A DNA stretch of 13,326 bases, taken from NCBI GenBank assembly GCA_016839945.1, contig JAEOTE010000172.1, forward strand, positions 1 through 13,326. Reading direction: 5' to 3'. The notes below the pieces were generated by a model that had not been told where the DNA came from, made no database searches, and saw only the letters and a list, made by a program, of their open reading frames with translations. The stretch comes from Candidatus Heimdallarchaeota archaeon (GTDB lineage Archaea; Asgardarchaeota; Heimdallarchaeia; Heimdallarchaeales; Heimdallarchaeaceae). Position numbers and translations under genes: made by a program. Below, piece after piece: positions 8,325 through 13,326 of the stretch (within the stretch, counting starts at the first letter, position 1; each line of letters starts with the position of its first letter).

Positions 8325-9410
8325 TCACATCAATTCAGTAAGATTAATGTTTCTTGCTTTTGCTTTTTGTTCAACCCAATCTTTTCGTGTAGCAGGATAT
8401 TTTTCAAACTGATCTGTTTTTCTTTTTGCTAGTTGAAGAGCATCTTCTGGACAAACTAATGCACATACACCACACCCAACGCATCTTTCGTTTACGTTGC
8501 AGATTCCATCTATAATTTCTAGAGCTTCGAATTGACACCTATCTAAACATGTTTCACAACCTATGCATGAATCTTCATCGACAGTCATCACATAATTAGC
8601 TTTAGCAAAAGCATGAGGTTTCTCAAACTCTATTAAACCTCTGAGTATACCGCAACAACAAGAACAACAGTTGCATATATAATAGACTGAATCTTGCGTA
8701 TTTCTTGTGGTATGAACTAAACCAGAGTCTTCAGCATGTCGTAATAATCTAAGTGATTCTTCCTTTGTTATAGGTTTAGTATTTTTGTCATTTTGAAAAT
8801 AATTTTCAACAGGTGCAAAAACTAAACATACAGTTTTAGAATAATTACATTCTTCCCCAATTAATCCTTTTTGAACTTTGCAGATACAATCTCTTACTCC
8901 CCAACTTTTTGCACCTTCTATGAATTTTTCAACTTCTTCAAATGGATGGATTTCAATCTCAGTTTTTATGACTTTATTAACTGGAATAACTCGATGTACT
9001 GGGGGTTTTGTTTCCATTAATCCTCCAAACTTAGTTTTTTTGAAATATTCTTCGATTAGCTTAGCGAATTCTTCATCCATTCTAAATAATTGTTCTTCAT
9101 AAATTCCAACAATCCATTCCATAAGTGCATACTTCCTCCCCTCTTCTGAATAATAAGCTGATATTTGTCCTTTTGATTCCATAGTTTCTAAAAGCTCTTC
9201 TACTTCTTTTTTATCTAGATTTAACCTTATAGCAATTTCTTCAGCTGTTTCACCTTTCATTTTTAATTTACTTGCTAAATCTGCTTCTTCTGGAGTAAAG
9301 ATCCATTCGAGAACTCTAAGATGAGTTCCATCTTCCGCCACTGGGAAAGCATTTGGTATTTTATCTAAAACTTCAGCTAGTTTTTCATATGGATTGTCTG
9401 ATTCTGTCAA
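8325..9410 (-). CDS. 4Fe-4S dicluster protein with N-terminal winged-HTH-like region and Cys-rich middle domain
   Basis: TTG start with AGGTGA SD at 9422-9417; TAEEIAIRLNLDKKEVEELLETMESKGQI (wHTH-like); CICK..C..C, GLVHT, ICNCCSCCCG; C-terminal CIGCETCLDRCQ and CVGCGVCALVCP. Confidence 0.88.
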   Translation of the reverse strand: MTESDNPYEKLAEVLDKIPNAFPVAEDGTHLRVLEWIFTPEEADLASKLKMKGETAEEIAIRLNLDKKEVEELLETMESKGQISAYYSEEGRKYALMEWIVGIYEEQLFRMDEEFAKLIEEYFKKTKFGGLMETKPPVHRVIPVNKVIKTEIEIHPFEEVEKFIEGAKSWGVRDCICKVQKGLIGEECNYSKTVCLVFAPVENYFQNDKNTKPITKEESLRLLRHAEDSGLVHTTRNTQDSVYYICNCCSCCCGILRGLIEFEKPHAFAKANYVMTVDEDSCIGCETCLDRCQFEALEIIDGICNVNERCVGCGVCALVCPEDALQLAKRKTDQFEKYPATRKDWVEQKAKARNINLTELM

Positions 9411-9436
9411 CTCAAATCACCTTTTGAAAAAAGATA

Positions 9437-9488
9437 AGCTAACTTAAAAGTCCTTCTCTGAAATGAGAAGTAATTTTTTATTTAAGCT
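9437..9488. promoter_or_regulatory. Divergent promoter region with central inverted repeat CTTCTC-N6-GAGAAG (9453-9470)
   Basis: TTTAAG TATA-like boxes on both strands (9448-9443 minus; 9481-9486 plus) flank a perfect 6-bp inverted repeat. Confidence 0.5.
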
Positions 9489-9504
9489 ATGGAATGATAA
9501 AGTC

Positions 9505-10332
9505 ATGTGTGAGTACTGCATTCAACATGGTGGTGGGAAAAAATGGTACTTGAATGCAAAGAACTATCTTCGAAATTACGAAACAACAGATCATCGTCGA
9601 AGAGTGTTTGTTAATGACTTTGTTGAATATTATATGGAAAAATATAATTTGTACTTGAAAACAAACAAAAAGAATTTAGCTATGGGAGATAATGATCCTA
9701 GTTGGTTTAAGAGATTAAAATACAATTTGTTCTTTAAGTACCAACATGCTGGTCAAGTGATACCTCAAGAAGAAGCTAAGCTTGTCATGGATATTGCTGG
9801 ACAAGTTTCTTTGTTACCTTGTGTTTGTCGTTTTGCTAACTCTGGAGAGAAGCATCAGCTTTGCATGCTTTTTATGCATATTCCAGACGATTTGTATGGT
9901 GCTCACAGATTTGATAGAATTAGAGAAGTTGAACAACTTACAATTGAGGAAGCTAAATACAAAGTAGATGAATTCGCGAATATGGGGTACGTCCAAACAA
10001 TTTGGGCTTTTCTTACTCCTCATATAGGGGCTCTTTGTAATTGCGACTATCCTTATTGTACTGCTCTTAGAGTAAGAAGAAACACTGGGATACAACACGC
10101 ACTTCTAAAAGCGGAGTATATAGCAGCTATTGATGAAAATTCTTGCGTAGGATGTAAACAGTGTATTCCAAAATGTCAATTTGGTGCTCTTAGTTACTCG
10201 ATTGCTGAAAATAAAGTAAAGATTAATCAATCAATCTGTTTTGGTTGTGGAGCTTGTAGAATAGCATGCAAAAATGATTCTATCACATTAATTCCTCGTG
10301 AAAAACATCCAACTGTTTCAAATTATTGGTAA
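9505..10332 (+). CDS. 4Fe-4S dicluster protein (MCExCxxHG-type N-terminus), paralogous core to the divergent neighbour
   Basis: MCEYCIQHGGGKKWYLNAKNY start (ATG 9505; ORF track: 9463); HAGQVIP, PCVCR, GYVQT, LCNC; CVGCKQCIPKCQFGA and CFGCGACRIAC. Confidence 0.88.
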   Translation: MCEYCIQHGGGKKWYLNAKNYLRNYETTDHRRRVFVNDFVEYYMEKYNLYLKTNKKNLAMGDNDPSWFKRLKYNLFFKYQHAGQVIPQEEAKLVMDIAGQVSLLPCVCRFANSGEKHQLCMLFMHIPDDLYGAHRFDRIREVEQLTIEEAKYKVDEFANMGYVQTIWAFLTPHIGALCNCDYPYCTALRVRRNTGIQHALLKAEYIAAIDENSCVGCKQCIPKCQFGALSYSIAENKVKINQSICFGCGACRIACKNDSITLIPREKHPTVSNYW

Positions 10333-10349
10333 TTATTATATTCCAAACT

Positions 10350-11129
10350 CTAATTTCGTTTAGATTTTATTTTCTGAAAACAATCTTGGCAATAGACAGG
10401 TTTATCTTTGGTTGGTTTGAAAGGAAGAGTTATTTCTTTATTACAAGTTCTACAAACAGAATTATGCATTCTTTTACTTTCTCTATATGGTCCTTTTCTT
10501 TCTCCAAATCTCTCTACATTTTTATTACTTGTTCTGTCACTTGCTCTAAAAACTCTCTTTGGTCTAATTTGTCTGGAATCTTCTTGTGGTTTTTTAGTCT
10601 CAAAACATTCTCTACAATAAACAGGTTTTACACCAGTTGGTCTGAAAGGTACGGTTGTATCTTTACCACATGAAGCACACATCACTTGATGTTGTTGCTT
10701 TGGTCTAGCTTGACTACTGGATTTTCTAAAACTCCTCTCTCTAGGTTTTTGGTCTTGAAAACATTCTCTGCAAAAAACAGGCTTTACTCCTGTAGGTTTG
10801 AATGGTAAAGTTGTTTCTTTATTACACTTGCTGCAAATTGCTTTATACTGTTGAACTGATCTTGCTTGAGGTCGGCTTCCTGATCTATTATAAGTTCGCT
10901 TACTTGATCCATCCCTTGAACGATAAGGAGGTTTTTTTCTGGAACCAGGTGGAGAACGTCTCCTAGTTTGGTTATCAGCTCTATCTCTTGAACGATTATT
11001 TGGTTTAGCACCTGATTTATATTTGGGTTTATCTCTAGATTTATAACCATCCTTTGATTCTTTCTTACTAACAGTTCTCTTAGTTGGTTTGCTTCTATAA
11101 GAGCTTCTTGTTCCTCGATTTTGTGACAT
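10350..11129 (-). CDS. CxxC-x17-CxxC zinc-ribbon repeat protein (3 copies) with basic low-complexity N-terminus
   Basis: Three repeats CxxC-xKE/DxTxPFxPT-xxKPVx-CxxCF (TIGR04272-type). Start is ATG 11129 or GTG 11138; TTTATATA box at 11195-11188 on minus. Confidence 0.88.
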   Translation of the reverse strand: MSQNRGTRSSYRSKPTKRTVSKKESKDGYKSRDKPKYKSGAKPNNRSRDRADNQTRRRSPPGSRKKPPYRSRDGSSKRTYNRSGSRPQARSVQQYKAICSKCNKETTLPFKPTGVKPVFCRECFQDQKPRERSFRKSSSQARPKQQHQVMCASCGKDTTVPFRPTGVKPVYCRECFETKKPQEDSRQIRPKRVFRASDRTSNKNVERFGERKGPYRESKRMHNSVCRTCNKEITLPFKPTKDKPVYCQDCFQKIKSKRN

Positions 11130-11283
11130 TAATTTCACTTTCTAGTAGCAACGTCTGTTACTTAACCAAGCTCCACCTTCTAGTAACTATATAAATAAGT
11201 CTATTTAAGTGGAATTCGATCGCTGAAAAGTGCTTATAAGTGTATGAGCATATAATTAACTAGTCTCTTTAAGTTGGATAAAC

Positions 11284-13269
11284 ATGAGTAAAGAAAAGAA
11301 ATTTGTCATAATTTTAATGATTATAATACTATTATCCAATAGTTGTATTCTTTTGAATACAGCTGTAACACCTTCACCCTATCATTATTGTGAAAAAAAT
11401 AAAAAACCTTACATAACTTCTTTGACTTTAAGAACTAAAGCAGAATCTGATTTGTATGATTATGCTCTTTATGTGGCTCAATATCTTAATAGAGTTGGAA
11501 TAGAGATAAGAATAAGAACTAACAACATGCATACTTTTCTTGGTCATTTATTAACAACGCATGATTATGATTTGTTCATAGCAAAAAATGAAGATATTCC
11601 AAATTTTAATGAAAGAATTTACTCGAAGAATGGGAATTTTAGTATATTCAACCTAGATATGAGTATCCCATATGTAAACATGAGTCTGCAAGAATATGAC
11701 AAAATTAAGAGTGAATTAAGTTTAATTGAACAACAAAATCATACTCATCGCTATCAAGATTTAATGATGGATAAAATTGTTCCGATGTTACCTCTTTTCA
11801 AACCTACAGCTTATAGATTAACTTGGTCTAATATAATGGGATTTATGAATGGGTGGAGAATAATCGAAAACCTTCCTCATATTCATTGTGATGGTTTACA
11901 TTTGAGTCAGGAATCAACAAATGAACTGAGTTTTCCAGGTTCTTGGATTAATCTTAATCCTCTTCTAGCTAAAGATCAGAATAGTAAAGACTTCTGTTCA
12001 TTATTCATGACAAAATTATTAGAAATCTCACCAGATAGAGAACCATTATTTTCTTCAATGATAACAGACTGGGAAATAGTTGAGCCATCAATGATAAAAT
12101 TTACAATTAGAGATGATGTTTTTTGGGGACCTTCTTTCAACATAACATCTAGAAATGAAGTTTCTGAAGAACTAAATCCCCAAGATATAAATCAACTAAT
12201 GATAGGATTGAAAGGGGAGTATAGTAATGGAATGAATCAAAAAGTAACTGCAAAAGATGTAATTTTCAGCTTACTAGTATATGGAAATTCTTTAGTGAGT
12301 CACAGAAGTTCAGAATTTTCCTGGATATCTAATATTTTTGAATCTCCTACTGATGAGTATACATTTTATTTAGAGATTGATAATGATATAAATACACCAG
12401 AACTAGAACCTAATGGAGAATTTTGGTGGGATTTAGATGTTTTCATTCTACCTGAATTTTTTTTGAATAGTACAGATACAACTATAACTAATACTACTAG
12501 TGGTTTGGGGATGGTAGGTATATATCCTGAAATTCTAAATACCTCAGTATGGCAAAGTTATAGCAAATCAGCTTTTGGTTCAGGAATGTACATGTTAGAT
12601 TATTATGATAACCAAAAAGGAGTTTCAGTATTAGAAGCTAATCCCCATTGGTATAATGTAAGTGTAGTAGATAATTCCTTTCAAACTCTTGAAATAAAAA
12701 AAATAAAAGTGAAGAAATTTGAAGAAGATAAAATATTAACACAGTTTATCAAAGGGAATTTAGACTACATAGATTTAGGAAGAGAATTACCTTTCAATGT
12801 GAAGAGTGCTTTTTCAGATTTTAGATTTAATGCTCATAGATATAATAATGATTCATATGTCTTCTTAGGTTTCAATGTTGGTAGACCTTTCGTAGGAGGA
12901 CGTAATAATTTTAAATTTCTAACTAAACCTGGGAGTGAAGCTTACACTAAAGGTGTAGCTGTTCGAAAAACAATTTGTTATTCTATAGATAGAGATGAAA
13001 TGAACAATAATATCCATAATAATGAATATACAATAGCACATGTTGTAATTTTTCCTTATACTTTATTTCATTATTATGAGGACATCGTAACTTACAAATT
13101 TGATTTATGTGAAGCAGGCGAATGGATTTGGTCAGCTGGTTACCTTTTATGTTGTACTAGTTTGAAAAATTGTCGTAATCCTTATAGTGATAACTGTAAA
13201 ACTAGTTTTTCTATCATAGGATTGATATCTATTCTGTTTTTAAAAAGAAGAAAGAAAATCAGAAAATAG
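11284..13269 (+). CDS. ABC transporter substrate-binding protein, family 5 (OppA/DppA-like), apparently circularly permuted
   Basis: N-terminal hydrophobic signal/TM; family-5 motifs LNPLL, FTIRDDVFW, VTAKDVIFS, FGSGMY, LEANPHWY, LGFN, VRKTICYSIDR; C-terminal hydrophobic stretch plus KRRKKIRK. Confidence 0.85.
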   Translation: MSKEKKFVIILMIIILLSNSCILLNTAVTPSPYHYCEKNKKPYITSLTLRTKAESDLYDYALYVAQYLNRVGIEIRIRTNNMHTFLGHLLTTHDYDLFIAKNEDIPNFNERIYSKNGNFSIFNLDMSIPYVNMSLQEYDKIKSELSLIEQQNHTHRYQDLMMDKIVPMLPLFKPTAYRLTWSNIMGFMNGWRIIENLPHIHCDGLHLSQESTNELSFPGSWINLNPLLAKDQNSKDFCSLFMTKLLEISPDREPLFSSMITDWEIVEPSMIKFTIRDDVFWGPSFNITSRNEVSEELNPQDINQLMIGLKGEYSNGMNQKVTAKDVIFSLLVYGNSLVSHRSSEFSWISNIFESPTDEYTFYLEIDNDINTPELEPNGEFWWDLDVFILPEFFLNSTDTTITNTTSGLGMVGIYPEILNTSVWQSYSKSAFGSGMYMLDYYDNQKGVSVLEANPHWYNVSVVDNSFQTLEIKKIKVKKFEEDKILTQFIKGNLDYIDLGRELPFNVKSAFSDFRFNAHRYNNDSYVFLGFNVGRPFVGGRNNFKFLTKPGSEAYTKGVAVRKTICYSIDRDEMNNNIHNNEYTIAHVVIFPYTLFHYYEDIVTYKFDLCEAGEWIWSAGYLLCCTSLKNCRNPYSDNCKTSFSIIGLISILFLKRRKKIRK

Positions 13270-13326
13270 TACCAGTAGAAGTAAAGGTAAGACCTTTTTG
13301 TACCTAGATTATGAGACATTATATTC

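Noticed and set aside
8298-8327. TGA stop of the Fe-S gene as possible selenocysteine readthrough or fusion to mocA
   Set aside because: Readthrough adds only AKGFTYEI before another TGA and is out of frame with mocA; it is not in a Cys motif.
2601-11050. Other short overlapping ORFs in the track (2601, 2617, 3107, 4082, 5958, 6865, 7050, 8235, 8878, 9782, 9814, 10326, 10408, 10784)
   Set aside because: They lie inside or opposite well-supported genes and show no recognisable motifs.
13169-13219. +1 frame hydrophobic peptide IVVILIVITVKLVFLS suggesting a frameshifted TM anchor
   Set aside because: Codons ending in T automatically give hydrophobic residues in the +1 frame, and the main frame already ends in a hydrophobic + basic tail.
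1-13326. tRNA, rRNA, CRISPR array or transposase
   Set aside because: No such patterns seen; intergenic gaps are short and AT-rich.

Overview
AT-rich, gene-dense window with an archaeal look: AGGTGA Shine-Dalgarno sites, BRE/TATA-type promoters, apparently leaderless genes and an aRelB-type antitoxin. An Asgard (Heimdall/Loki-like) origin is my inference only. Left to right: a HEAT-repeat protein with an unassigned, possibly tandem ACT-like C-terminus; a 26-codon HEAT-paralog remnant; an ICMT/PEMT-family membrane methyltransferase; a RelBE-type toxin-antitoxin pair bracketed by a 28-bp direct repeat that duplicates the promoter of the next gene; carbamate kinase; a solo MNT nucleotidyltransferase; a minus-strand operon (wHTH/4Fe-4S protein, mocA, FAD-less selenium-dependent-XDH-type molybdenum hydroxylase); a divergent paralogous 4Fe-4S protein sharing a pseudo-palindromic promoter; a very basic RS-rich protein with three CxxC-x17-CxxC zinc ribbons; and an orphan family-5 ABC solute-binding protein that appears circularly permuted and anchored at both ends. 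All family calls come from motif recognition by eye; no database searches were run.
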